This document shows positions 20,475 to 30,420 of a stretch of DNA of 64,000 nt, piece by piece. This DNA is from Candidatus Multivoradales bacterium. Lineage in GTDB: Bacteria > Acidobacteriota > Thermoanaerobaculia > Multivoradales > J023. The position numbers and the translations under genes are program-made. The first letter of the stretch is position 1, and every line of letters begins with the position of its first letter. The notes beneath the pieces were generated by a model, which made no database searches, had not been told where the DNA came from, and saw only the letters and a program-made list of their open reading frames with translations. The stretch is from assembly GCA_965248925.1 (NCBI GenBank), contig CBDFLE010000006.1, forward strand, positions 4,640,001 to 4,704,000. The letters are read 5' to 3'.

Positions 20475-21116
20475 TCAGCGTTCTTGTGTTGCTAGATGAC
20501 GGTCAAATGTCTGGGCGACCTCCCAAGCAGGACTGCCCTCTATAAATGGCTTGTCGCTGGTTACGGTAGTGTTCAGACGCATTTTCTGATCGAGATACGT
20601 ATCAATCCCACTCGTTTCGAGACCTATGGTTTTTAGGTCCTGGTTCAGGCTTGCATAGACCTCTGCAAGGTGTCGAACATGGTCTAGCGACCGCTCGTGA
20701 TTGGCTTCCGCCCAGGCATCCCCTTCCAAGCCAGCCAGCTCGGGCGGCTCTGGGGCGCTGGAATCTCCATGCTTCAAGATCGTTGTCGAACCATCATCCT
20801 CCTCAGTTTCACGCACAATCATCGGCTGGCCACCAGAGACAATGTCGAGATACCGATTGGCTGCTGCAAGGAGAATCGAAGCCGCTCGAGGGTCCTTAAG
20901 ATTGACACTGTCGAGGAGAACCTCCGCCGACCCTGGATCCTCGAGTTGGGTTGGAACAGCTAGTAAGAAATGTCGCAGCAGAATGTGCTTGGGGATCTCA
21001 TGCTTCTCGTACTTGTACGAAAGCGCAAGCAGCTCACCGGCGGTTTGCTGCGCCGGGGCAACAGTGGCGAGTAGAAGGCCGAGGCTCACGGCCAGGAGAG
21101 GGAGTATTTTTATCAT
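20475..21116 (-). CDS. Secreted hypothetical protein (about 213 aa)
   Basis: GGAGG RBS; signal peptide MIKILPLLAVSLGLLLATVAPA. Confidence 0.72.
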   Translation of the reverse strand: MIKILPLLAVSLGLLLATVAPAQQTAGELLALSYKYEKHEIPKHILLRHFLLAVPTQLEDPGSAEVLLDSVNLKDPRAASILLAAANRYLDIVSGGQPMIVRETEEDDGSTTILKHGDSSAPEPPELAGLEGDAWAEANHERSLDHVRHLAEVYASLNQDLKTIGLETSGIDTYLDQKMRLNTTVTSDKPFIEGSPAWEVAQTFDRHLATQER

Positions 21117-21224
21117 TCTTGCCTCCAATTGGGAGTTAATCGCGGTCCATCTGGCGCGAAATGAGATAGCAGTGGAAACGCTAGCAGATCTCGCTCTGCT
21201 TTTCTACGGACTTGCGGGGTGTGT

Positions 21225-21494
21225 CTAGGACTGGTCAGCGCATCTCAGATTTCCTCCTTGTGGTTCAGCGAGTTCTGTTGGGAGACGAGTTTGTGAACGA
21301 CTCGCGATCGAAGGTGCAGCCGGTGGCCACCGGCACTCGGGAGCGGCCATCAGCAGGCGCTCGACGGCTAGGCCCGTAGCAGTGGCCGCGTGGCCATCGA
21401 AGCTCAGGTCCAGAGCCTGGGTTGGGGATGGCAGAGTGAGCAGGGCGGTGAGTAAGAGAACCGGTAGGGCAAGAGGGAGGTGATGTCTCGGCAT
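21225..21494 (-). pseudogene. Possible truncated secreted-protein gene
   Basis: AAGGAG RBS and strong signal peptide, then a short non-globular tail. Confidence 0.4.
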
Positions 21495-21587
21495 TGGGGG
21501 TCGCTCCTTTCGCGGACACGAGTTTCGGTCGCTTCAGTATCTATAGGCGTAAAAGGGCCGGCTTCGTTACAACGGGCGTCGAAAATT

Positions 21588-22007
21588 TCACCGGCGGTCA
21601 TTGACTTGGCTGGCGACCAGAGCTGTTTCGAGGGCACATTGCGTGAGGGTGTTGGCCAGCTGGTCCATGGCTTCGCAGCGGCGCTGCCCATTCATCGGAG
21701 TGCGTTCTCGCTCGGCCAGAGTGCGCAGAAACTGTTCGGCTTGCCGCTGACCACCACGGCGCGAGTCGAGGACTTTGTCGACGAACCAGAGGATGGCGGA
21801 TGCGGGCTCCAGGTAGCAGCGGTTGAGGCTCGCCAGGAAGCTGCCGGCAAGGTCTCCGGTGGAGGTGCTGGGGTTCACTTGGAGCTTGGCCCGCGCCACG
21901 ATCCAGGAATGCTCCAAGCGCAGGGAGGCACCGGTGACTTGAGAGGCGACCTGGCGAAGTAGCGCGCGCAGCTCAAGGTCGTCTAGCTGCTCTGTCCCGC
22001 TATCCAT
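21588..22007 (-). CDS. Hypothetical protein (139 aa)
   Basis: Overlaps upstream gene by 8 nt on the same strand. Confidence 0.5.
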   Translation of the reverse strand: MDSGTEQLDDLELRALLRQVASQVTGASLRLEHSWIVARAKLQVNPSTSTGDLAGSFLASLNRCYLEPASAILWFVDKVLDSRRGGQRQAEQFLRTLAERERTPMNGQRRCEAMDQLANTLTQCALETALVASQVNDRR

Positions 22008-22311
22008 GGCGGGGTGCCCGCTGCTCTACTTCGGCGGCGAGGCTCTCGATGGCGCGGGCCAGGGAAAGGTGGCGCTCGGTGAGTTCGGTTTCGGGAGCAC
22101 AGGGCAGGCGCACTTTCAGGGTGCTGCCTTGGAGGTGCAGATCGAGCGGCATCTCTAGCCTTTTGGCCAGCACGAGGCTCTTGCGCAGCAGGTCGCTGGC
22201 GCTGGTGAAGTTGGCGAGGCCGATCTGGCGGCTGATGACCTGGTTTGCGGTACTGGGTTGACGCCAGTGGACCAAGCCCTGCAAGCCGAGTTGGATGCGT
22301 TCTGGTTTCAT
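22000..22311 (-). CDS. Divergent pterin-4a-carbinolamine dehydratase (PCD/DCoH)-like protein
   Basis: AGGAG RBS; pattern IQ..L..L..W...ISRQI...F......PLDL......V.L......LTERHL.LARAIE; lacks HHP. Confidence 0.55.
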   Translation of the reverse strand: MKPERIQLGLQGLVHWRQPSTANQVISRQIGLANFTSASDLLRKSLVLAKRLEMPLDLHLQGSTLKVRLPCAPETELTERHLSLARAIESLAAEVEQRAPRHG

Positions 22312-22342
22312 CGCTGTTCTCCTGGTGAGTGTCTGACCGGGT

Positions 22343-22384
22343 GAAAAAGAGCCTCCGGGCCGGGAGAAAGGTCCGGCCCGGAGG
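22343..22384 (-). terminator. Rho-independent terminator or attenuator between the two PCD-like genes
   Basis: 12-bp stem CCTCCGGGCCGG/CCGGCCCGGAGG followed by CTCTTTTTC on the minus strand. Confidence 0.7.
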
Positions 22385-22411
22385 TAGGGAAGGCTCCGAC
22401 GACCTCAGGGT

Positions 22412-22702
22412 TTAGCCGCCGGATCCGCATGGGAGGTCGAGGGAGTGGGCATATTCGAAATGCCTGCTGTTCAGGCTGGCTGGGGGTCGGGGCCCGATCT
22501 GGACACTGAGCCGCCGGCCAACGATGACGATTCGCGGGGTGATCGCCAGCCGCTCGCCGGTGAAGAGCACGAAGTCGACGAAGATCATGGCGTCGCGCCA
22601 GGTGTCGAGCAGGAAGTGCTTGCCGATCGCTTGCACGTTTTCGGCGCGGTGCCAGCCGCTTAGGGGGCTCAAGGCGGCTTGGATTTGGTCGTCGGTCATC
22701 AC
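22412..22702 (-). CDS. Divergent PCD/DCoH-like protein
   Basis: MTDDQIQAALSPLSGW...IGKHF...WRDAMIFV; AITPRI in place of the xHHPxI motif; GAGGAG RBS. Confidence 0.65.
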   Translation of the reverse strand: MMTDDQIQAALSPLSGWHRAENVQAIGKHFLLDTWRDAMIFVDFVLFTGERLAITPRIVIVGRRLSVQIGPRPPASLNSRHFEYAHSLDLPCGSGG

Positions 22703-22984
22703 GGGCTCCTCTTGGCTGGGAGAAGCCTAGGGCAGGATGGGTGAGATTGACCAACAATCGGGAATCTTGCCCTGACGGGGCACAGGGTACCGGCCTGGTA
22801 TACCGTCAAGTCTCTGCGGCATACCCTGAGAGGGTCAAGTGTCTACTCTCAGTCATACTTTTTGCGGTCAATAGTAGACTCACAGGGGACAGTCGATAGA
22901 AAAGCGCGGGAAAAATGGTCAGATAGAGAGATTTAGCGGCTTTTTCAGTTATTCTGGTGCGGTTAACTATCCATCTGGGAAGGG

Positions 22985-24319
22985 ATGATCATGGGAAACC
23001 GCGCCAACGAAGAGTATCTACGAGTTCTCGACGCGCTGAGAGCGCACATCCGGAGACATCCGCTCAGCGTGCGCGAACTTGGGCACAGGATGGGAGTTTC
23101 GCGGTCCTATTTGCCAAAGCTACTAGCTGGCAAGATGAACCCCTCGTTCAAGCAACTGCTGGAGATTCTTGGCACCATCAATCTGAGCTTCAGCGAGTTA
23201 GCCACCAAGAGTGAGGGAGGGGACGTAGAGGGTTTCCTTGAGGCATTGCTGCCGCAGGGATCGCAGGATCCACCAGTGATTCTGAATTTGAAGAAAGTTG
23301 CACGCGAGTTAGTGGGTAGGATTCGGGGTCACTGCACCGGCTTAGGAATTGCGGTTGGGGCGCATCTGAACGTAATCAAAGAGGCTGATGAGTTGCGCTA
23401 CAGCACACCCTGGCCCGCAGCGCGGCAGGCACTAGTGGTGGCTCAAAATGTTGCACCAACACTGCAGGGACCCGGCGCTCTGGAGGTTTTTGCCCAGGCG
23501 ACTGCCGTTCTGAGTTCCTGCTATCGCATTGGCGGGGCATCGCATTTGGCGGCGAAGTCACTACTGGTGGCTTTCTCCGTGCCTGGGGACTTCCCAATCG
23601 AAACCCGGTTGGATCTTATTGAGCGAGCGGCATATTTGCTGATGACCTGCGATGAGCACACTAGCGTCAAGACGACATTGTTGTCAGTGCGGTCGCTAGA
23701 GATTTCGTCATCGAGCGCAGAAAGACTCGACCTCGCGAGAGGGGTTGGCCTTCTGTTTTCCGGGGAGAATGACTACGCGATCGAGTCACTTCTATCGGTG
23801 ATACCACGCCTCGGAGCCCATCCCGACCGACTGATGTCCGCCGCCAATACAGCGCTGGGGAAAGCGTACACCAACATAGGAAAGCTCGAAGAGGCTAGCG
23901 CCGCATTGAAAGAAGTTGAACTTAGTCTGCCAACCGAAGATCTGTACTCCAAGGGCATGCTGAAGGGAGCGCTTGGGAGCTGGTGGCTCGCCAACGAGAA
24001 CCACGTCCAAGCGGAAGGCTTATTTGAAGAAGCAGCCGAGATGCTTGCCCCTATTAATCCATTCGACTCGGCGCTGCTAATTCTTAGCAGAGTCGAAACG
24101 CTCTTTAGGGCCGGCCGAGTGAGGGAGGCTGTGCGAGCTGCGGATCAGACGATCCCCCTCGTCGATTCTCTCGACACCAACGCGGCAACGGCCAATGCTC
24201 TCAAAAAGTTCAGGCTGACGCTACTAGCCGGTAAAATCACGTTGAATACTCTGAAAACGTGCCACGATGAAGTTCAGGCTGGGCGGATCAGCGGTATCCG
24301 CCCAGCCTTGCAAAGCTAG
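22985..24319 (+). CDS. XRE-family HTH regulator with helical/TPR-like C-terminus (444 aa)
   Basis: SVRELGHRMGVSRSYLPKLLAG HTH; TPR-like LGKAYTNIGKLEEA and AEGLFEEA. Confidence 0.8.
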   Translation: MIMGNRANEEYLRVLDALRAHIRRHPLSVRELGHRMGVSRSYLPKLLAGKMNPSFKQLLEILGTINLSFSELATKSEGGDVEGFLEALLPQGSQDPPVILNLKKVARELVGRIRGHCTGLGIAVGAHLNVIKEADELRYSTPWPAARQALVVAQNVAPTLQGPGALEVFAQATAVLSSCYRIGGASHLAAKSLLVAFSVPGDFPIETRLDLIERAAYLLMTCDEHTSVKTTLLSVRSLEISSSSAERLDLARGVGLLFSGENDYAIESLLSVIPRLGAHPDRLMSAANTALGKAYTNIGKLEEASAALKEVELSLPTEDLYSKGMLKGALGSWWLANENHVQAEGLFEEAAEMLAPINPFDSALLILSRVETLFRAGRVREAVRAADQTIPLVDSLDTNAATANALKKFRLTLLAGKITLNTLKTCHDEVQAGRISGIRPALQS

Positions 24320-24665
24320 CCTCCCGGCACGATAGTAACCGCGTAGTGTATTGGCGAATTGTCCTTCCTGTACTTCACTTTGATCTCCCATGCAGCAGGC
24401 CACTCCCCAAGCGTGATTGCCTCTGGTGCCCACTTACCCGGTGATTATCGCGTTAAGAGCAGTGCAGCAGGCTAATGAGGTCTTGACGCCCAACTGGGCG
24501 TGGGCTCTTGCGGTCCCATGGCGGGAGTTTTCGAATGCGGATCGGGGGTTGCTGGACAGGCGATGTCGGCGGGCGCCAGCCGCTTCTCATACGCCGTACC
24601 TGGCTCCTAAGAAAAGACCCCCGAAACGGCCCCTGAGAGCGCCGCCGAAGCTTCGCTCCGACAAG

Positions 24666-24712
24666 TGGCCGGTTTCGATCGGAATGGCTGGTCAGTTTCG
24701 TCGGAATAGGCT
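24666..24712. mobile_element. Orphan IS21-type terminal sequence with tandem transposase-binding repeats
   Basis: TGGCCGGTTTCGATCGGAAT and TGGTCAGTTTCGTCGGAAT then AGGC; resembles IS21 ends; abuts truncated vapC. Confidence 0.6.
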
Positions 24713-24881
24713 CAAGGCGCGGGCTCTGTTGACAAGGCATCCTCTACGGGCTCCAGATGCGGCCCAACTCGCTGCTGCCTTGCTGGCTGTCGAGGAGGAT
24801 CCTTCGACTCTGACCTTTGTCTGTTTCGACGAGCGGCTGTCGATCGCCGCGGAGCGGGAGGGTCTCCGGGTGCTCGGCTGA
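24713..24881 (+). pseudogene. vapC: 3' half of a VapC/PIN toxin gene
   Basis: ARALLTRHPLRAPDAAQLAAAL...FVCFDERLSIAAEREGL, a typical PIN C-terminus. Confidence 0.8.
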
Positions 24882-24902
24882 GGTCAAAAGAAAAGTCACT
24901 GC

Positions 24903-25313
24903 TTAGTCGGGATAGATGAACTTCACCGGTTTGTCGATATCTGGATGGTAGCTGTGGTGTACCGGGCAGGTGAGGGCGGCGCGTTCTAGCCGCTGGCGTT
25001 GCTCCGGGTCGAGGCCGGGGGGCATGTGGATCTCTACGGGAACGAAGCCGATTCGCCGGGGGTCGGTCTGCATGTGCTTTTCGAGGTGAAAGGCAAGGCC
25101 ACTCAAGTCGATGTCGTGGCGTTGGGCGACGATGCCGATGAGGGTGAGCATGCAAGCACCGAGGGCCGCTGCCATCAGATCGGTGGGCGAGAAAGAGCTG
25201 CCATCACCCTGATTGTCGATCGGTGCCGCGGTGTGGATCATGAGACCCGACGGACCGTGCTGTAAATCGACGTTGAGATTGCCGGTGTAGGTGCCAGTGA
25301 TTTCGACTGCCAT
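24903..25313 (-). CDS. OsmC family protein
   Basis: FSPTDLMAAALGAC and TCPV cysteine motifs. Confidence 0.9.
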   Translation of the reverse strand: MAVEITGTYTGNLNVDLQHGPSGLMIHTAAPIDNQGDGSSFSPTDLMAAALGACMLTLIGIVAQRHDIDLSGLAFHLEKHMQTDPRRIGFVPVEIHMPPGLDPEQRQRLERAALTCPVHHSYHPDIDKPVKFIYPD

Positions 25314-25517
25314 GAGTTTCTCCTCTGCGTCTTGAGACTCGGCAGGGTATCAGAGCAGCCAATAGGCACCGGCTTGTCCCCACCGCCGCCATAGTTTCGC
25401 CACATTTGTCCCGCACTCTTCCTCATCACCGATCCGAAAATGGCTGGCGGGTGGGATTGGCTCAAGGCACTCGCGGTAGCGCTTCAGCGGGCCGCCACCA
25501 CCATCGCAGGAGGAAAC

Positions 25518-25718
25518 ATGGTCCTTGGTCGAACAAGTGAAGATAGTCCGCCGCGGAGTCCGCGCGGGCAGCAGGAACGGACCTTCGAGGGGGGGCCGGT
25601 GTTCGTGCCATCGCGGCCCTTGTCGGCTCTCGGCCGCCAGTTGATGGCCCCTGACGCAGAGCAAGAACGGGTCACTGCCTATGACGACAGCTGGTACGCC
25701 GAGCGCTCCCTGTCCTAG
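25518..25718 (+). CDS. Small hypothetical protein (66 aa)
   Basis: Strong AGGAGG RBS just upstream of ATG 25518. Confidence 0.45.
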   Translation: MVLGRTSEDSPPRSPRGQQERTFEGGPVFVPSRPLSALGRQLMAPDAEQERVTAYDDSWYAERSLS

Positions 25719-25996
25719 CCTCGAGAAATCACCCGCCCTCACTACTTGCCCTGCTGAATTCAACTCCCGGTCGCTGTTTTAGCTGCGACCGCGGCTGCTT
25801 TGCTGGCAAGGAGAGGGAGCGGCTGGGCGAAAAAGCAAGAAAGGCCCAACCGCCCCCGCAATTGAGGGCTGAGGATGCGAATCGTCTCTTTGGCCGCCAA
25901 GCCGGAAGACGTTTCGCTTATGCTATTGTAGCAAAATATGCTGCTGTGTCAAGAAATCGTTGGCAATTTCTCGCTCAACACCGGCGGTGGCAGGAG

Positions 25997-27808
25997 TCAG
26001 GGAATCAGCAGCACTTGATTGGGATGGATCAGGTGCCCACCGAGGTGGTTGGCTCGCTTCAAGGAGCTGATGCTGGTGCCGTAGCGGCGTGCTATCGAGG
26101 CCAGGGTGTCTCCAGAGCGGACGGTGTGGCTGCGGCTGCCTGCTGCCGGGATAGTGAGCCGCTGGCCAATGCTGAGATGATTGCCACTGCGTAGGTTGTT
26201 GGCTTGGCGGATGGCGTTGACGGTGGTGCCATAGCGGCCGGCGATCAGGGTGAGGTTCTCGCCGCGACGGACGATATGCACTGCCGGATTAGCCTGCCGC
26301 GGTGCTGGCTTGCTGCTGGTGGCGGCTGCACGGCGGGTGGTAGAGCGGCCACGCGCCGGAATCAACAACACTTGGCCGATGCGGATGCGGTGCGCGCTGC
26401 GCAATCGATTGGCGCGTACCAGCGAGCTGACCCGAGTACCGAATTTGTCGGCGATGGCGCTCAGGCTGTCGCCGCGCCGCACCCGGTAGCGCAGACCCCG
26501 CTGGTGGTCTGAACGGCTGGCCGCGCCGAGCTGCTCGTAGGCCGCCTGCCAGCTCTCGCCACTGCCTTGGGGTACGCGCATCGGGTAACCCTTGGGGTAC
26601 AGCAGGTCGCCGCGCCAGATCTCTCTGTTGAGGGCTGGGTTGAGCTGCTGTAGCTGGTCGATCGTGGCGCCGGCCTGCGCCGCCAGGTCGGTCAGGGCGA
26701 CGTATTGATTGGGCACCAACTCATCGTAGGCCAGCCGCGCCCGGGGTTGGCTGTCGGGGAACAACTGGCGGCGGTGAGAGTAGGTCTCGGCGGCGGCGAG
26801 GAATTCGGCGTAAAAGTTGCGTGAAGCGAAGCCAAAGCTGCGCGACCGGTAGCGAGTGGCGATCTCGCCGAGGTCCTTGGTGCCCAATTTACTCACTGCT
26901 CGCGCCATGCCGCCGCGACCGTGATTGTAGGCGGTGATCGCCAGCGGCCAAGTTCCCAGGTTGGCGTAGTTCTGGCTCAGCAGGCTGGCCGCCGCCTCGG
27001 TGGCTCGCCAGGGGTCGTAGCGCTCGTCGACCTCCAAATTGAGCTTCATGAACTGCCGCGCGGTGGATGGCATGAACTGCCAGATGCCCCCCGCCGCGGC
27101 GGCTGAGCGCGCGGCAGTGTTGAACATCGATTCGACAAAAGGTAAGCGGGTCAGCTCGCTAGGGAGACCGCGGCGGCTGAAGATCTCCTCGATCGCCGGC
27201 ATGTACAGTCCGGAAATCTCGATCGCTTCGGCGAAACGGTCACTCAAGCAAGTTTGGGAGCGGACTCGCCTGGCCGCGGCGGCGAACTTGGTGCGATCGC
27301 CGGGAACGGCAGCGAACATCCGCGCGATGCGGCCCTGCTCGGCGGCATGGGTGGTGGAAGCACGGCCGGCCGCCAAGTTGCCGAGCAGGCGGGCGTAGAG
27401 TTCCCGCGCCGCCTTGACCCGCTGTTTGCGGTCCAGCTCCTTGCGCACCGCGCTGCGGCTACTGTCCCCTTCGATGTCGGAACAATCGACGACGGCGTAG
27501 ACCACTTGCAGATAAAGATGGTCGTGGATCAACACCTGCTCGCTCGAATAGCGGGTATAGACCTGGGTCCAGAAGTCGACGTTCGGCTGTAGCTTGTGGG
27601 GTAGGGGAAACAGGCCCCGGTCGAGAGTGCTCGCCAGAGTGATGTTGGCGGCATCGTCGGCCGTCGCGGCGGCCCCCGGCAGCAAAGCGAGGAGGCAGGC
27701 GGTGAGCAGAGTACCGAAGGGTGAAAGCCTGAGGAAGCGACTGAAAATCATCATAGTGCCAGCAAATTCTCGTTGCCGTGTCTCTCTCATTGAATCTCGG
27801 CGACTCAA
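25997..27808 (-). CDS. Lytic transglycosylase with three LysM domains (MltD-like); real start probably near 27754
   Basis: VES catalytic Glu, GIWQFM, AYNHG; three VRxGxxLxxIA LysM repeats. Confidence 0.92.
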   Translation of the reverse strand: MSRRDSMRETRQREFAGTMMIFSRFLRLSPFGTLLTACLLALLPGAAATADDAANITLASTLDRGLFPLPHKLQPNVDFWTQVYTRYSSEQVLIHDHLYLQVVYAVVDCSDIEGDSSRSAVRKELDRKQRVKAARELYARLLGNLAAGRASTTHAAEQGRIARMFAAVPGDRTKFAAAARRVRSQTCLSDRFAEAIEISGLYMPAIEEIFSRRGLPSELTRLPFVESMFNTAARSAAAAGGIWQFMPSTARQFMKLNLEVDERYDPWRATEAAASLLSQNYANLGTWPLAITAYNHGRGGMARAVSKLGTKDLGEIATRYRSRSFGFASRNFYAEFLAAAETYSHRRQLFPDSQPRARLAYDELVPNQYVALTDLAAQAGATIDQLQQLNPALNREIWRGDLLYPKGYPMRVPQGSGESWQAAYEQLGAASRSDHQRGLRYRVRRGDSLSAIADKFGTRVSSLVRANRLRSAHRIRIGQVLLIPARGRSTTRRAAATSSKPAPRQANPAVHIVRRGENLTLIAGRYGTTVNAIRQANNLRSGNHLSIGQRLTIPAAGSRSHTVRSGDTLASIARRYGTSISSLKRANHLGGHLIHPNQVLLIP

Positions 27809-28086
27809 GGCCGAGAAAGCGTCCTAGTGGACGGGGATGAACACCTCGCTGGCCAGGTCGGTGTCCTTTCATGCCTTGACATCATAGCCGAAACTGCTGC
27901 CCTGGGGCTGAGTTCTCTAGTGCTTGGAGTGTTGAGAGGACGATTGCCTTGCGTCTGCAGGTCGCGTAGCGTGGAACCCCTGAGCTGAGCCGAGTTGCCG
28001 CTTTGGCGGCGGCTTTTGTGGTGCAGTCGCAGCACTTTCACCGTACTTTTGCAGCACTTTCGGAGCGCTGCAATGAGGAGCTAAGC

Positions 28087-28950
28087 ATGCATGAGATCGC
28101 CAAGCGGGGCTACGTTCACCCCGAGGTTCTGGTTTCCACCGATTGGGTTGCCGAGCATTTGCAGGACCCGTCGGTGCGCCTGATCGAGTCGAACGAAGAT
28201 CCGCTGGTCTATCGCTCCGGCCACATCGCGGGCGCGGTCGAGGTCGACTGGACTCGCGATCTCAACGACCCGTTGCGTCGCGACTACCTCGATCGCGTCC
28301 GCTTCGAGAACTTGCTGCCGCAGATCGGCGTTGCTGCCGACACCACGGTGGTGTTCTATGGCGACAAGAACAATTGGTGGGCGACTTACGCCTTTTGGGT
28401 TTTCCGCCTCTTCGGCCATGACCGGGTGCGGATCATGGACGGAGGCCGCCTCAAGTGGCAGCTAGATGGGCGCCCGTTGACCCGTGAACAGAGCACCCAC
28501 CCGACGAGCGCCTACGTTGCTGCTGAGCGCGACGACCAGAGCATTCGTGCCTACCGCGATCAGGTGTTGGCCCACACCGAGGCTGGCCGGCCGATGATCG
28601 ACGTCCGCAGCCCCGAAGAGTTCAGTGGCGAGCGTCTGCATATGCCGGAGTATCCCAATGAGGGGGCCTTGCGCGGTGGCCACATTCCCGGAGCGCACAG
28701 CGTGCCCTGGGCACGAGCGGTGGTGCCGGAAGACGGTACTTTCAAGACCGCCGAGGACCTGCGGGCGATCTACCAGGACGAGAAGGGCTTGCAGCCGGAC
28801 GATGACGTGGTGGTCTACTGCCGGATCGGCGAGCGTTCCAGCCACACCTGGTTCGTGCTCACTTATCTGCTTGGCTACTCGCAGGTGCGCAACTACGACG
28901 GCTCGTGGACCGAGTGGGGCAATCTGGTCGGTGTGCCGATCGAGAGGTAG
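28087..28950 (+). CDS. Thiosulfate/3-mercaptopyruvate sulfurtransferase (rhodanese, SseA/CysA type)
   Basis: [30 protein letters not shown]. Confidence 0.95.
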   Translation: MHEIAKRGYVHPEVLVSTDWVAEHLQDPSVRLIESNEDPLVYRSGHIAGAVEVDWTRDLNDPLRRDYLDRVRFENLLPQIGVAADTTVVFYGDKNNWWATYAFWVFRLFGHDRVRIMDGGRLKWQLDGRPLTREQSTHPTSAYVAAERDDQSIRAYRDQVLAHTEAGRPMIDVRSPEEFSGERLHMPEYPNEGALRGGHIPGAHSVPWARAVVPEDGTFKTAEDLRAIYQDEKGLQPDDDVVVYCRIGERSSHTWFVLTYLLGYSQVRNYDGSWTEWGNLVGVPIER

Positions 28951-28952
28951 GC

Positions 28953-29444
28953 ATGTCGGACTCCGCCGAGCCCTACCCAGAGCAGCTCGCCGAGCTGCTC
29001 GATGATTTGACTCTGCTAGCAGACCGCAACGACCGCATCGACTTTCTGATTTCGATTGCCGACCGGTTTCGCGAAGTGCCGGTGGTAGTTGCTCGGCGAC
29101 CGTTCGCCGAGGCCCACAAGGTACCGGCTTGCGAGTCCGATGCCTATGCCTGGGCGGTACCGCGGAGCGACGGCACTTTGGACTTCCACTTCGCAGTGGA
29201 GAACCCACAGGGGATTTCAGCGATGGCGATGGCGGCGATCCTCAGCCAAGAGGTTTCGGGCGCTCCCCTCGACCAAGTCGCGGTTCTCGACGCCGAGGTG
29301 GTCTATCAGATTTTCGGCCGCGAACTGTCGATGGGCAAGAGCATGGGGCTGATGGGCATGGTCTCGATGGTCGCCCACTTTGCCCGGCAGCGGCTTGGGG
29401 AAGGGCGCGAAGCATCGACCGCCGAGCCGGCGAGCGCCGGTTGA
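28953..29444 (+). CDS. sufE: SufE family sulfur acceptor
   Basis: KVPACES cysteine motif; directly follows rhodanese. Confidence 0.85.
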   Translation: MSDSAEPYPEQLAELLDDLTLLADRNDRIDFLISIADRFREVPVVVARRPFAEAHKVPACESDAYAWAVPRSDGTLDFHFAVENPQGISAMAMAAILSQEVSGAPLDQVAVLDAEVVYQIFGRELSMGKSMGLMGMVSMVAHFARQRLGEGREASTAEPASAG

Positions 29445-29549
29445 GAAGTTTCTCCCTTGAGCTGGGCAGAGATGGGCGGTATCTCGCAGCTCGCCGAGTG
29501 ATTCCTCCTCAGTGCATCCAAAGCCGCGCTGAGGGCGTATACTAATTCA

Positions 29550-30302
29550 ATGTCGACCGCCGCTCAGCGAGCCGCTCAGCCAACCCTGATGGTCTTTACC
29601 CTCGGGGCGGCTGGCGAGCGTCGCCGTCGGCCGCTGCTGCCGGAGCGCTTCGCCGGTGAGGAGCGTGCCCTGCGTCGAGCTTGCTTGGACTCGGTGCTAG
29701 CGGCCGGCCGTACTGCTGGCTGCCGCTTGCTGGTGGCATCGCCGCAGCACCTCGATCTGGGCGACGACGTCGAGTACCTCGATCAGCAGGGTGTTGGTTT
29801 CGGCGCTCGTCTCCGCAGTGCCATCGATCAAGCGGCCGGGCAGGTCGATGGGCCTTTGCTGGTGGTAGGTAGCGACGCTCCCAACCTCACCAGTAGTCAT
29901 CTGTGTCAGGCCCTCGAGCAGTTGCGGCGCGACCCCAAAGGGGTGGTGCTGGGGCCGGCCGAGGATGGCGGCTTCTACTTGCTGGCCGCCGACCAGCTGC
30001 GCTCCGAGCTGGCTGGCTTGCTGGCCGATGTACATTGGTGCCGGGCCGATACTCGACGCTCTCTGAACGCTATTCTGCGCCGCAGTGGGCACCGGCCAGT
30101 CTTGCTCGCCAGCTTGTGCGATCTTGATCATCGCACCGACCTGGAGTGTTGGCTGGCGAAGCGACCGGCGAGAGCGCTGCGGCGGTTGGCCGGCCTCTTG
30201 CTGCGTTTGCTGGCCAACTGGCGGCGCTCAGCCGTTGCCTCGTTGGGGGTTGTGCTGCCCCACCCGGCGACGGTCGCTAGCGGCCGCGCACCTCCTGCTT
30301 GA
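29550..30302 (+). CDS. DUF2064 / TIGR04282-like glycosyltransferase-fold protein
   Basis: QQGVGFGARL, VGSDAP, VLGPAEDGGFYL, DLD motifs. Confidence 0.82.
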   Translation: MSTAAQRAAQPTLMVFTLGAAGERRRRPLLPERFAGEERALRRACLDSVLAAGRTAGCRLLVASPQHLDLGDDVEYLDQQGVGFGARLRSAIDQAAGQVDGPLLVVGSDAPNLTSSHLCQALEQLRRDPKGVVLGPAEDGGFYLLAADQLRSELAGLLADVHWCRADTRRSLNAILRRSGHRPVLLASLCDLDHRTDLECWLAKRPARALRRLAGLLLRLLANWRRSAVASLGVVLPHPATVASGRAPPA

Positions 30303-30420
30303 CCCAGTCCTCCCCGACTCCCGTACTGACCGTACCGTCTTGACCGCAAAGAGCTGAATTGCCAGCGCTCTCTTGAGTGGTGGTGATTGGTGATTTTCTA
30401 AAAGATTGAGGAGAATTGTA

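Noticed and set aside
24320-24660. RRNPP-type signalling peptide gene downstream of the HTH-TPR regulator
   Set aside because: No short ORF with an RBS and signal peptide could be found.
24417-24881. 154-aa ORF as an intact VapC
   Set aside because: The N-terminal two thirds read through non-coding DNA and a transposon end; only the C-terminus is PIN-like.
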